Of a DNA stretch of 63,594 nt, positions 51,377 through 62,315 are shown in pieces. The DNA lies in NCBI GenBank assembly GCA_963715195.1, contig CAVQRT010000019.1, positions 1-63,594 of the forward strand, in the 5' to 3' direction. Each line of letters starts with the position of its first letter. Position 1 is the stretch's first letter. The DNA is from Thermodesulfovibrionales bacterium. Its GTDB lineage: Bacteria > Nitrospirota > Thermodesulfovibrionia > Thermodesulfovibrionales > SM23-35. The notes under the pieces were generated by a model. It saw only the letters and a program-made list of their open reading frames with translations. It ran no database searches and was not told where the DNA came from. The translations under genes were made by a program, and so were the position numbers.

Positions 51377-52168
51377 TTACTTCGTATTCTTCTTTTTGAC
51401 GCCTTCCTTTACCTTTAATGTCTCTTCCAGCATCAGCAGATACTTCACATACCTGAATCCGAGCTTCATCAGTGCGATATCATCAGCCCTGATGCGCTCG
51501 ATCTCTTCCTGATCAATATCGAAGACCTCAAGAAACTTGCTTTCAAATACAAATCTCCTGAACCTGTCCATATCATAGCTTGCGGTATAGATCTGTGCCT
51601 GCTTGTTCGAGTCAATTGTCTTTCCGTCGGGACTTCGGCGCAACTGGATATCTTTCCACTCCCTGTTCATCTCATCATAGAGGCTGGCCTCCTGGTCATC
51701 CTTCCATGACTGAACAGTCCACTGGTCTTCTTCCTGAAAACCCAGGCAATGAGATTCACGGACAAAAAAGTAGAACTCTTCATGGACCGGCCCTTCCTCG
51801 GTCCCTTTCCTGAGGATCCCCTGACCGACGGGATAGTAGCGGCAATTTGCCGGACGGTCTGTATAAATGGAGCAACCCTCAGGAGTCAGGAAAGGGCATT
51901 TCTTTTCCTCGTCGGTGCCCATCTTCATCCGGACAAGGGGATGTGACGACTTTTCGTCTACTTCCAGGTACGTATACTTCTCAAGAAAATCCTCTGATGA
52001 CATGGAGAGCCTTTTCTTGAGCCGCAGAATATCATACGGGGTCAGCAGGATGTTGATGTTCATGCAGCATTTTGTAAAACACTTCACCCCTTTATGACAT
52101 CTGAACCTGAACTTTGTTTTGAGTGTCAATCTGGTCGGTTCAACATCTTTCATGCTTGGTAACGGCAT
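51377..52168 (-). CDS. YkgJ-family (CxxCxxCC) cysteine-cluster protein
   Basis: FRCHKGVKCFTKCC and CPFL...GCSIY.DRP.NCR.YP. Confidence 0.88.
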   Translation of the reverse strand: MPLPSMKDVEPTRLTLKTKFRFRCHKGVKCFTKCCMNINILLTPYDILRLKKRLSMSSEDFLEKYTYLEVDEKSSHPLVRMKMGTDEEKKCPFLTPEGCSIYTDRPANCRYYPVGQGILRKGTEEGPVHEEFYFFVRESHCLGFQEEDQWTVQSWKDDQEASLYDEMNREWKDIQLRRSPDGKTIDSNKQAQIYTASYDMDRFRRFVFESKFLEVFDIDQEEIERIRADDIALMKLGFRYVKYLLMLEETLKVKEGVKKKNTK

Positions 52169-52425
52169 AGTCTGGAAATCCTTTCTTGTGTAATGCAGGT
52201 TATGTCCATGATGACAAAGTCAGCCATGGGGTGCGGCCATTGTATCTGTTATGCACATATCCCGGAAGGGGAACGTCATTTCACCGGTTCTTTCCACAGT
52301 GGATACCCTGCATCCGGGACCGATTATACCTTCACACGGATCCCGCGTATCGGTAAAATGGCATGAGTCGAAAGAACGTGCTTCCGGATGTCACAACGAC
52401 AATTCTCAATTCACATTATCTTAAC

Positions 52426-52455
52426 AAAAAAGGCCGGCAGATGTCTCTGCCGGCC
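52426..52455 (-). terminator. Intrinsic terminator after hppA
   Basis: 10-bp stem ggccggcaga/tctgccggcc with 4-nt loop, followed by a T tract on the minus strand. Confidence 0.8.
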
Positions 52456-52471
52456 CTTTGTATTCAGTCTG

Positions 52472-54538
52472 CTATATCAACGGCACGATGAGCAGTGCAA
52501 CGATATTGATAACCTTGATCATCGGGTTGATCGCCGGGCCTGCCGTGTCCTTATACGGGTCACCGACAGTGTCACCTGTGACAGCAGCCTTGTGTCCGTC
52601 GCTGCCTTTCTTGTGCATGACACCCTTATCATCGGTAACCCCGTCCTCAAAGGACTTCTTGGCGTTGTCCCATGCGCCGCCGCCGCTTGTCATTGCGATT
52701 GCCTGGAAGAGTCCTGTGACGATACTGCCTATGAGTACTCCGCCCAGTGCCTCCCTGCCTAAGAACACACCGACAATGATCGGCACCACCACAGGGATAA
52801 GGGCGGGAACCATCATCTGCTTGATCGCGCCCTTTGTCACGATATCGACACATTTGCCATATTCGGGCTTCCCAGTCCCTTCCATGATTCCCGGGATTTC
52901 CCTGAACTGCCTTCTGACCTCTTCAACAATACTTCCTGCCGCCTTACCGACCGCTTCCATGAGGAGAGAACCGAAATAGTAGGGAAGAAGTCCTCCGATG
53001 AAGAGTCCGACGAGGACAAGCGGGTTTGAAAGGTCAAACGCAATCACCTCATCAAAAGACCTCGAATACTCAGCAAAGAGCACCAGCGCTGCAAGGCCCG
53101 CTGATCCGATCGCATACCCCTTTGTAACCGCTTTTGTGGTATTTCCGACCGCATCCAGCGGGTCGGTGATGCCGCGGATTTCCTCAGGCAGCTCTGCCAT
53201 TTCAGCAATTCCACCCGCATTGTCAGTGATCGGACCGTAGGAGTCGATCGCTACGACAATACCGGTCATCGAGAGCATCGAAACCGCTGAGAGGGCAATC
53301 GCGAAAAGCCCGGCGACTGACTGGTCCGGGGTAAGATTGGTAAAACCTCCTGCACCGATCCAGAATGCCCATATGATCGCTCCGCAGATGACGATAACCG
53401 GCATGGCTGTTGATTTCATGCTGACCGCAAGCCCGGCAATGACATTGGTTCCGTGCCCGGTAAGGCTCGCTGCCGCGATATGTTTCACCGGTTTGAAATT
53501 CGTGCCGGTGAAATACTCTGTAATCATCACGATAAGCCCGGTGAGCAGGAGACCGATTAACGCAATAGTAAAGACCCCTCCCTGTGTAAACGCCGGGGCG
53601 ACACCCTCGAGCCCGAGGAACCATCCCGAGGCAAAATAAAAGGCTACCGCCGCCAGGATGCCCGAGACTGCCAGCCCTTTGTAGAGGGCTCCCATGATAT
53701 ACTGGCTTTTGCCGAGTTTTACGAAATATGTCCCGATAACCGAGGCGATAATGGAAATGCCACCGATAAGCATCGGGAACTCAACCCACAGGCTCTCTGG
53801 CCCGAATGCGGTCTTTGCCAGGAGCATTGCGGCAACGAGTGTCACCGTATATGTCTCATAGAGGTCGGCTGCCATTCCTGCACAGTCACCCACATTGTCA
53901 CCCACGTTGTCGGCGATAACTGCCGGGTTCCTCGGATCGTCTTCCGGGATTCCCGCCTCGACCTTACCCACAAGGTCCGCACCGACGTCAGCGGCTTTTG
54001 TATAAATTCCTCCTGCGATACGGGCAAAGACGCTCATGAGCGAGCAGCCAAACCCGAGCCCGACCAGGGCATGGAATACCTCTTCGCCTGCTGCGCTCTT
54101 TGCGATCCAGTAGTACCCAGCGAGGCCGATGATACCCAGTCCGACGACCATAATCCCGGTCACCGATCCGCCCTTAAACGCAACGCTCAGCGCTGAGGCA
54201 AGCCCTTTGTACGCGGCCTGCGCGGTACGGACATTTGACCGGACCGTCACCATCATGCCGATATACCCGGCAAGTGCCGAACCGACTGCCCCGATCACAA
54301 ATCCGATGGCAACCCATGTGCCAAGAAAGAACAACAGGACGGTGATGACCACCCCGACCATCGCCACTGTCGTATACTCGCGCTTGAGGAACGCAGCCGC
54401 GCCTTCTGCCACCGCGCCTGATATCTCCTGCATACGCGCACTTCCGGCATCCTGCTTCGTGACCCAAGCGGCAGTCACCAGGGCATATGCCACGCCCACT
54501 AATCCGCAGATTAAACTAAATAAAATGATTGGACTCAT
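52472..54538 (-). CDS. hppA: Membrane H+-translocating pyrophosphatase, K+-independent type
   Basis: [20 protein letters not shown] and GNTTKA (Lys at the K+-dependence position). Confidence 0.95.
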   Translation of the reverse strand: MSPIILFSLICGLVGVAYALVTAAWVTKQDAGSARMQEISGAVAEGAAAFLKREYTTVAMVGVVITVLLFFLGTWVAIGFVIGAVGSALAGYIGMMVTVRSNVRTAQAAYKGLASALSVAFKGGSVTGIMVVGLGIIGLAGYYWIAKSAAGEEVFHALVGLGFGCSLMSVFARIAGGIYTKAADVGADLVGKVEAGIPEDDPRNPAVIADNVGDNVGDCAGMAADLYETYTVTLVAAMLLAKTAFGPESLWVEFPMLIGGISIIASVIGTYFVKLGKSQYIMGALYKGLAVSGILAAVAFYFASGWFLGLEGVAPAFTQGGVFTIALIGLLLTGLIVMITEYFTGTNFKPVKHIAAASLTGHGTNVIAGLAVSMKSTAMPVIVICGAIIWAFWIGAGGFTNLTPDQSVAGLFAIALSAVSMLSMTGIVVAIDSYGPITDNAGGIAEMAELPEEIRGITDPLDAVGNTTKAVTKGYAIGSAGLAALVLFAEYSRSFDEVIAFDLSNPLVLVGLFIGGLLPYYFGSLLMEAVGKAAGSIVEEVRRQFREIPGIMEGTGKPEYGKCVDIVTKGAIKQMMVPALIPVVVPIIVGVFLGREALGGVLIGSIVTGLFQAIAMTSGGGAWDNAKKSFEDGVTDDKGVMHKKGSDGHKAAVTGDTVGDPYKDTAGPAINPMIKVINIVALLIVPLI

Positions 54539-54653
54539 TTATCCCTCCTTTTAAACTTGTGTTACGAGCAAAAAAGTGAAAAGCGAAAAAAACAGAAATT
54601 AAATAAATTCCTTTCACCTCCCCCCTCTCTCCTGATGTCTTTCCAGATCATTC

Positions 54654-55955
54654 TTAGTCTTTGACATCTCTATCATATTTTTTCGCGAAGACCATCGCTG
54701 TACCTCTGTATACCATGTGGGCCATCTTTGAAAACGGTGCATAGGCAAAGAGGAAAAACACGACCACAAGGTGGACGAAGTAGACAGGATAGGCTAACAC
54801 AGCAATATCGGCCAACCTGATAACTTCCGCAAGAATGCCCGTTGCCATTATTGCAAATACTATCCATATAAAGAGCCAGTCGTAATAGCCGCCGAATCCG
54901 GATTTCTCCTTGTTGCTATAGCGGTTCCTGATTACAAGGACTATCCCGGCCAGCAGTCCCAAGGCACTGATATTCCCGATCCATTTCACAGGGTCACTTA
55001 ACGGGTATGGCGATTCGCCCAGCATCCATCGAAACGGTTCCATTCCCATCAATTTCATTATTGGAGGCCCGTACAGATAAAGCACTGCCCATGACGTCGT
55101 GATCGCAAGGCCTATGAAACTGTAGAAGACCAGGAGATGTGCCAGTTTACGGTCCTTGGTGACATTGCATTTATCAAACCGTTTATGGGACAGGATTTCG
55201 GTAACCGTCGCGGACACCAGACTGCCGATTCCGGCCCTGGATTTGGGCTGACCCGCTGCCTGCGCCATATCCTTCCAGTAGCGCGAGATTCCTATTGCAA
55301 AGGCAAAAACCGCAAAGAGCGCGACCGGGACAAATACCCCGTCTATATAGAGAGAAGGCAGGAACTTTGCATAAGAGATCGCCCCGCCATCTGTCAGGGG
55401 AATCGACGAAAGGCTGAGGTGACCGAGAGAACCGAGGATAATCAGAAAAATCGCGGCAGGAATCGCAAGCAGAAACGCAAGATACCCCGGGCTGCCCGCG
55501 GCTTTCCCCAAAAACTTCGGGACCGCATAGTTTTCTATCGACAGCTTTCTGACGGCATTGAGGACTTCCCCGGGTTTCGCCCCTCTCGGGCAGTAGGCAG
55601 TGCAGTCGCTGCACTGATGGCAGAGCCAGATATCAGGATTCGGGAACAGTTTGTCCTTCAATCCCCACTGAGCGTAAATCATCTCTTTTCTCGGAAACGG
55701 ATTATCTTCAGGGGTGAGGTTGCAGACGACAGAGCATGTCGCACATTGATAGCACTTCTTTAATGATTCACCGCCCCCCCTGACAACTTCGTTCACAAAC
55801 GACACATCCGGCGATACAGCAAGGGCGCCTTCGGTAATCGGAGGAGCGGCGGGTTCCGCTGTTGCCTCCGGTGTTTCGGCTACCTCAGCTGTTGCCTCTG
55901 GTGTACCGGCCACTTCACCTGGTGTCTCAGGTGTTGGGATTTTTTCATCTGCCAT
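54654..55955 (-). CDS. qmoC: Quinone-interacting membrane oxidoreductase subunit C
   Basis: CYQCATCSVVC and CHQCSDCTAYCP; TM domain with heme-ligating His; YAPFSKMAH. Confidence 0.95.
   Translation of the reverse strand: MADEKIPTPETPGEVAGTPEATAEVAETPEATAEPAAPPITEGALAVSPDVSFVNEVVRGGGESLKKCYQCATCSVVCNLTPEDNPFPRKEMIYAQWGLKDKLFPNPDIWLCHQCSDCTAYCPRGAKPGEVLNAVRKLSIENYAVPKFLGKAAGSPGYLAFLLAIPAAIFLIILGSLGHLSLSSIPLTDGGAISYAKFLPSLYIDGVFVPVALFAVFAFAIGISRYWKDMAQAAGQPKSRAGIGSLVSATVTEILSHKRFDKCNVTKDRKLAHLLVFYSFIGLAITTSWAVLYLYGPPIMKLMGMEPFRWMLGESPYPLSDPVKWIGNISALGLLAGIVLVIRNRYSNKEKSGFGGYYDWLFIWIVFAIMATGILAEVIRLADIAVLAYPVYFVHLVVVFFLFAYAPFSKMAHMVYRGTAMVFAKKYDRDVKD
55857..55916 (-). repeat. Two tandem 30-bp repeats in the qmoC 5' end
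   Basis: Encode EVAGTPEATA / EVAETPEATA; 24 of 30 nt identical. Confidence 0.75.
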
Positions 55956-55976
55956 ATTTAACCCTCCAATCCTCTC

Positions 55977-58212
55977 CTAAAATTCCTTGAACGGATTATG
56001 TCCTATTTCTTTAACCTTTTCGACATATTTATTGATCATGTCAGGCAGCTTATCGTATTCATCGATCGCAACCTGCATCATGCTTATGCGCTCTCCTTCG
56101 AGCTGTAACCTGTCCAGGGTCTCGCCGACCTTGCTGAAACGCTCATTCGCGAGTTCACTCCCCCTCACAAAGTGGCACTGGTAATTCTCACCGAACTTGC
56201 AGCCCAGGAGGAGGAAACCGTCCACGCCCTTTGACATTGCGTCAGCTATCCATACCAGGCTCATGCCCCCAAGGCACCTGAGCGGAATAAAGCGGAGACT
56301 CGAATCGAGGGACTTCCGGTTCAGGGCCAGCGTGTCCAGTGCCGGGTATGCGTCGTTTTCACATACGAGGCAGATAATCCTGAACTCTTCTTCCGGCACG
56401 TCCAAAGCCTTGATCATCGATCCGACCATATCAACACTGTAGTCCTTGAATGATACGATCCTCTCAGGGCATGCACCCATGCAGGTTCCGCACCGCCTGC
56501 ACCTGTTGAGCATGTAGGTCGGTATTCCTTTCTCATCCTCTTCTATCGCACCGAAAGGACACTCCTCCGTACACCTCTTGCACGCGGTACACCTGATAAT
56601 CTGCGGGTCAGGGTAGGACAGGTCCCACGCCCGGGGATGCACTGCCATTCCTTTTGCCACATGGTCCATACACTGTATCGCCTTGAACGCGGCACCTGCG
56701 GCATCTTCCTGTGCCTCGGTCATGTTCATGGGCTGCTTCACAGAGCCGGCGGCGTATATGCCGGTCCTTCTTGTCTCATACTGGAAACAGATGAAGTTCG
56801 AATCCGCAAACCCCGCAGCCCCCTCAAGGGTCGGGATTTCAGGCCCCTGCCTATAGTCAAGGTTCAGGATGAAATCAGGCTTGGGCGTTGTTTCAAGGTA
56901 CTTCTTCTTCGCCTCATCCCCTTTTGCGGACACAACGGTCAGCCCGTCAAGGTATTCCTGCGGCCCCCTTGACGTAGGCACCATCCCCGTCGCAAGCACG
57001 ACAAGGTCTGCCTCGACCTTCACCTTTTCACCCAGAAGGGAATTTTCCATCACCACATGGAGATTTCCGTTTCCTGCATCGGCAACTCCGAGCACATCTC
57101 CCTTGGTGAGCATGATGCCCGGATCATTCTGTGCCTCTTTGTAAAAGGCCTCGAGCCTGCCGGGCGTCCTTATGTCCTTATAAAGCACCATTGCGGTTGC
57201 ATTGGTATTTTGTCTTACGTAGCGGGCCTGTTTCAGGGAGGTGGCACAGCACATTGAGGAGCAGTACGGCAGGTGGTCGGGATCCCTCTGTCCGGCACAC
57301 TGTATGAACGCGACCTTTGTCGCCTCCTTGCCATCCGACGGCCTCACAATCCTGCCGTTGCCCTTTTTCGCGATGTCTTCCAGTTCAAGATTGGTCACCA
57401 CATCCTTGAATTTGCCATACCCGAGATGGCCGAGCTTTGTCGCGTCGTACGGCGGTCCATCCGGTCGCCATGACGACCGCACCCGCCTTCACCGTCTCGG
57501 AACTGCCGTTCGTTGAGATCGTGACATCGTAAAGACCCGGCTGACCAACCGTTTTTTCAATTTTCGAAGATTTATACACCTTTATATTGGGATTATTTTC
57601 AACTTCCTGTATCACCTGTTCAATCTCGGTATCGACAATGATCGGATCATAGAAATTCTTGGTCGGGATCTTCTTGTACAGGCGGTGTGCAAAACCTCCA
57701 AGCTGAGGCTCCTTCTCGACAAGATACACCTTGTATCCCGCTTTGGCAGCCTCGAGTGCTGCGGTCATCCCGGTAATCCCTCCCCCGACAACCAGAAGAT
57801 CGTGATTGAGGTTTTCGAGTATGGACGCCTCGGGGATTTCACCCTTCTGCGCCCTCACTATGCCGAATGTTACATAGTCCTCGGCAATACTCTGGGTCTC
57901 TTCCGTGTTCGGGGCCTGTGTCCACGCGACAAATTCCCTCACATTGACCCTTTCGGTCAATACACCTGAAAAATCAAACTCTTCATATTTCACCCGGGGA
58001 GAACATGCAACGATGATCGCGGTGTTCACCCCGTCCTTTTTGACAGCGTCCTTGATGACCTGAAGACCCTCGGGGCTGCAGAGCACATCATGTGTCTTTA
58101 TCTGTTCCTCTTTTACCGGTGCCCTCTTTGCAGCTTTCGCGAGTTTCTCTATGTCAATAGAATCCGCAATCCCGCATCCTTTGCAGATATATACACCGAA
58201 TGTTTTCTCCAT
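55977..58212 (-). CDS. qmoB: QmoB (HdrA-like FAD/Fe-S + MvhD-like domain), frameshift at about 57460
   Basis: GGGITG, FIQCAGQRD, CTACKRCTEECP, CENDAYPA and GCKFGENYQCHF. Confidence 0.93.
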
Positions 58213-58215
58213 CCC

Positions 58216-59476
58216 CTACCTCCTCTTTATACTCTGGATGCATTTTATTGCTGCTCCAGTTGCATCCTGAACCGACCGGGCAACATCGGCCGGGCTCTTG
58301 AGCGTTCCCACGGCATAGACCCCGCTCTTCAGCTTTGAATCATCGATGAGCCCGTCGGGCGTGTACGGCAAATCCATCCCGAACTTGGAGTTCCTGGTCG
58401 ATGGCTCCATCCCGGTGGCAAGAACTACCATGTCAAACGTTTCCTGTATTTTGCCACCTTGTATATATCTTCCGCCACGACCGTGACATCCTTCGATCCC
58501 GCAACCTCAGTGATCTGCGCAACTTTGCCTTTTGTGAAGACCACGTTCGGATCGTCTTTCACCTTCGTATAAAACCTGTTCTCGTAAAGACCGGGGGTCC
58601 TGATATCAATGTAGAATATCTGTATCTTTGCATCCGGATACTGCTCCCTGTATGTAGAGCGCATGTTTCAGTGAGGCAAGGCAGCAGATGTATGAGCAGA
58701 ATTCGAGGTGGTTTTCGTCCCGGGAGCCCGCACACTGCACAAAGGCGATGTTCTTAATCTCCTTGCCGTCAGAAGGCCTCACAATCTTTCCCTGCGTAGG
58801 GCCATCCTGTGCAGCAAGCCTTTCCATCATCATATTCGAGATGACATTCTGCATCTGCCCGGACCCGAGGAGGTCAAGCTTCCCCATGTCATAGGGCTGC
58901 CATCCCCCTGCAAGGACGATCGCCGCCACATTAAGGCTGACAGTCTCGGGTTTCATTTCAAGGTCGATCGCATTGTAGGTGCATGCCTCAAGACACGGCT
59001 TCTTGCAGTCATTCGGACACGCCCTGTCATCGATGACATACTTGAACGGGAACGCCTGTTTTGAAGGCAGGTAAGCCGCCTTCGTCTTGTCCATGCCAAA
59101 GTTGAACTCATTTTCTCTGAATGACGGACAGGCCTCTGCGCATGCATCGCATGCGACGCACTTGTCATTCACATACCTCGGCTTTTTCGTGATGCTCACT
59201 TCGAAGTTCCCCTCCTTCCCCTTTGATCGACTCGACTTCAGCAAGAGTATGGAACGTAATCCTCGGATTGTTCTTGATCCTCTTGTACTGAAACTCGAGA
59301 CCGCAGTTAGGGGGGCAGAGTTTCCAGAAGTATTTGTTGATCTGTGTTACCCTACCACCGAGATAGGGATTCTTCTCCACAATATGAGCCTCATACCCGG
59401 CCTCAGCCACCTCGATGGCTGCAGTCAGTCCGCTCATACCGCCTCCGATTACAAGAACTTTTTTATTGTCTGACAT
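58216..59476 (-). CDS. qmoA: QmoA (HdrA-like FAD protein), several frameshifts
   Basis: GGGMSG, NKYFWKLCPPNCGLE, FVQCAGSRD...CS.ICC and FYIDIRTPG across four ORFs. Confidence 0.92.
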
Positions 59477-59569
59477 CTTCACCCTCCTTCAAGGCAGTAA
59501 GTCATAAAGAGGTGCTTATTGCTTACATTATATAAGCGTCCCTTTCTGACCTACATTGTAAACGGGCGT

Positions 59570-59578
59570 ATTATAGCA
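59570..59578 (-). promoter_or_regulatory. Extended -10 promoter upstream of qmoA
   Basis: Minus strand TGCTATAAT. Confidence 0.45.
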
Positions 59579-59622
59579 TACTTGTCAAGGAGAAATCTTT
59601 CCCTGAAAGCATGCAAAGATAT

Positions 59623-59654
59623 AAAAAAATGGGGAGGGCAAAGCCCTCCCCATT
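59623..59654 (-). terminator. Intrinsic terminator after aprA
   Basis: 12-bp stem aatggggagggc/gccctccccatt with a T tract on the minus strand. Confidence 0.82.
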
Positions 59655-59663
59655 CATCTCCAT

Positions 59664-61668
59664 TTACTGGTAGATTTGGACATATGGGACCTTTTTGAGC
59701 TCCCATTTGTTGGTTTCTGCATCGTACGTGGAGTTGACGAAGCACTTCCAGTTTTCATCGTCGATCTTGTTGAAGTCTCCTCTGTAGTAGTATCCAGGAT
59801 ACCTGGACTCTTCCCTGAAGAGGATGTGACGTGCATGTGCCTCAACCGAGTAGACCCTGTGGGTGTTCTCCCAGCATCTCAGAAGCTCGTGAAGGTCTTT
59901 CGCTGCCATCTTCTCAAGGTCCTCCTTGAGCATGTCGAGCTGCCTGAGTCCTTCTTCGAGCATCGTCCTTGAAGTCATGTACCATGTTGATACTCCACCG
60001 AAGTACTCATCAGCAGAGCTTCATGAGCCTCATCTGAATCGCTTTCGGCTTGATGTAGTTCGGGTTGACTTCGGGGTCGGTTGTGTAGGTTTTGTACTTC
60101 TCATAGATCTCGTACGGGAGATAGAGCTCTGCCGCCATCTCATCAGCGTCTCTTGCTCGCCGGCTTAAAATCAGGATCGTCAAGGAGAAAGGCTATTCCG
60201 GCCTTTGCGGCCATTCTGCCCTCTGCGTGTGAACCTGAGGAGAACTTGTGGCCTGATGCACCGACAGATGTCTCCGGCCATGAACAGGCCCGGTACTGTG
60301 GACATTCTGTTATAACCCCAGTGCCACTCTTCGGGTGTGCCGGCAATATCGCCAGGACCGCTGCACCAGAATCCCGCACAGCCTGCATGTGAACCGAGGA
60401 GATACGGCTCTGTCGGCATAATCTCGGAAGGAGATTTGTCAGGCTCGATGTCCTTGGCTGCCCAGAGACCGGCCTGTCCGATACACATGTCAAGAAAGTC
60501 TTCCCATGCCTCTGCTTCGAGGTGTTTGACCTTCTTCTTGCCTTCTTTTTCACCGAGCGTCTCGATGAAGTTCTTGTTGATGGCCTCCATGGCCTCGTCG
60601 GTCCTCATGAGGATCGGGCCTTTGCCTGCCTTCATGTCCAGCATCATCAGATGGTTCCTGATCGCAGTACCCATCTTGTCAACATATTTTCCGTATTTCT
60701 TTCTTGCATCAGCAAGGTACTCTTCATTTGCACAGTAGTCTTCGCCAAGGCTGTTGGTTGCTTTTGCCTTGAAGAAGAGGAACCATGCGCCAACAGGACC
60801 GTAACCGTCTTTAAAACGGGCGGGGACGAACCTGTTTTCCATTAATGTGAGCTCAGCGCCAGCCTGCATTCCAATGCATAACCGGAACCTGAGTTCCATA
60901 CAGGATACCATGCACGGCCCTGACCTTCTTTGAAGACCTTGGCCTGAAGCAGTTAACTGCTCCACCAGCTGCAAGCACGATTGACTTCGCTCTGAAAATG
61001 TACATCTTGTGCTCTCTGACGCTGAAGCCGACTGCCGCTGCAACCCTCTTCGGATCTTTCGCATCTTTGAAGAGCCTTACGATGAATACTCTCTCATACA
61101 GGTTCTGGTCAACACCGGTTGCCTTCCTGTTTTCCTCGAGCGCCTTCTTTGCGGCTTCTGCAACGATTGCCTTGTAGGACTCACCGTTGATCATGATCTG
61201 CCACTTACCGGACCTTACAGGGGTTCCACCATCTTTCAATGCCTGCTTTCCGGCATCCTTTGCCTGGAAGCCGTCAAGTGAGAAGCCGTCATCGCCTTTT
61301 TTCCAGATCGGAAGTCCCCACTCCTCGAACAAATGCACGCTGTCATCAACGTGTCTGCCGAGGTCATATACGAGGTCGTCCCTTGTGATACCCATAAGGT
61401 CTGCTCTTACATACCTCACATAGTCTTCAACTTTATTTTCGCCAACGTATGTATTGATGGCTGACAGACCCATTGCGACCGCGCCGCTTCTGTCTGTTGC
61501 AGCCTTATCAACCATTGTGACTTTTAAATTCTTCTGAGCCGCCCATCTGACTGCTTCATACGCCGCGCCACAGCATGCCATGCCGCCGCCGATCAGAAGC
61601 AGGTCAGTGTCAACTTCAACAATTTCGGGCTTTGCGCAATACGAAAAAGTACAAGTTTCCTTCTCCAT
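59664..61668 (-). CDS. aprA: Adenylylsulfate reductase alpha subunit (frameshifted)
   Basis: RSGAVAMGLSAINTY, WQIMINGESYK, ENRFVPARFKDGYGPVGAW, EPYLLGSH and ESRYPGYYYR. Confidence 0.96.
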
Positions 61669-61685
61669 CGTCTTCCCTCCTTTAT

Positions 61686-62105
61686 TTATTCTTTCCTGGC
61701 TTCGTAATTAAAGAAACCAGGTTCTTTTAACTTTGACATGTCAGCTTCCGGTTTTCCGGCATACGGATTAACAGAATCTTCAGCTGTTGTCCTGATCGGG
61801 AACTTGAATCTTTTGAGAACACCGTTTCTGAACTTGACTGTCCACATAATGGCGTCAGTTCCTCTCATCGGGATAACATTGCCGCCAAGCGGGTTGAAGT
61901 CCTGATATCCTCTGACCTCGATAGCCTGCTGCGGGCAGATCTTTACACAGTTGTAGCACTCCCAGCACTGCTCAGGCTCCTGGTTGTAAGCCTTCATGAG
62001 ATCTCTGTTGAGAGCCATGAGGTCGTTTGGACAGATATACTGACATGCAGTCTTGTCCTGTGCTTTACAACCGTCACATTTTTCCGCGATTACAAAACTT
62101 GGCAT
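61686..62105 (-). CDS. aprB: Adenylylsulfate reductase beta subunit
   Basis: CDGCK....TACQYICP, NQEPEQCWECYNCVKICP and FKFPIRTT. Confidence 0.97.
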   Translation of the reverse strand: MPSFVIAEKCDGCKAQDKTACQYICPNDLMALNRDLMKAYNQEPEQCWECYNCVKICPQQAIEVRGYQDFNPLGGNVIPMRGTDAIMWTVKFRNGVLKRFKFPIRTTAEDSVNPYAGKPEADMSKLKEPGFFNYEARKE

Positions 62106-62315
62106 TTTTACTTCCTCCTTTCCAAATGTAATATTTGGTTTTTGATAGGCTTAATAGTAAGCCTTTTTGTGATTCGCCTAAGGTCTTACGGGCACTCCTT
62201 TCTTTAAAAGATAGTGCAGGGCATCGCCAGTCAGGATCCGAGACCCCGGGCTGACCATGCACTGCTTCTTTGTATAAACTCAGCTCCTTGCGAAACTAAT
62301 GGACCTCTATCTTTT

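Noticed and set aside
52169..52420. ZMP/ZTP riboswitch upstream of ykgJ-purH
   Set aside because: The characteristic GACUGGCG and CGCCUGGGC pseudoknot segments are not present.
62106..62315. Rex operator or structured RNA between sat and aprB
   Set aside because: Only a half-site (TTGCGAA) and a weak imperfect hairpin are visible, which is not enough to call.
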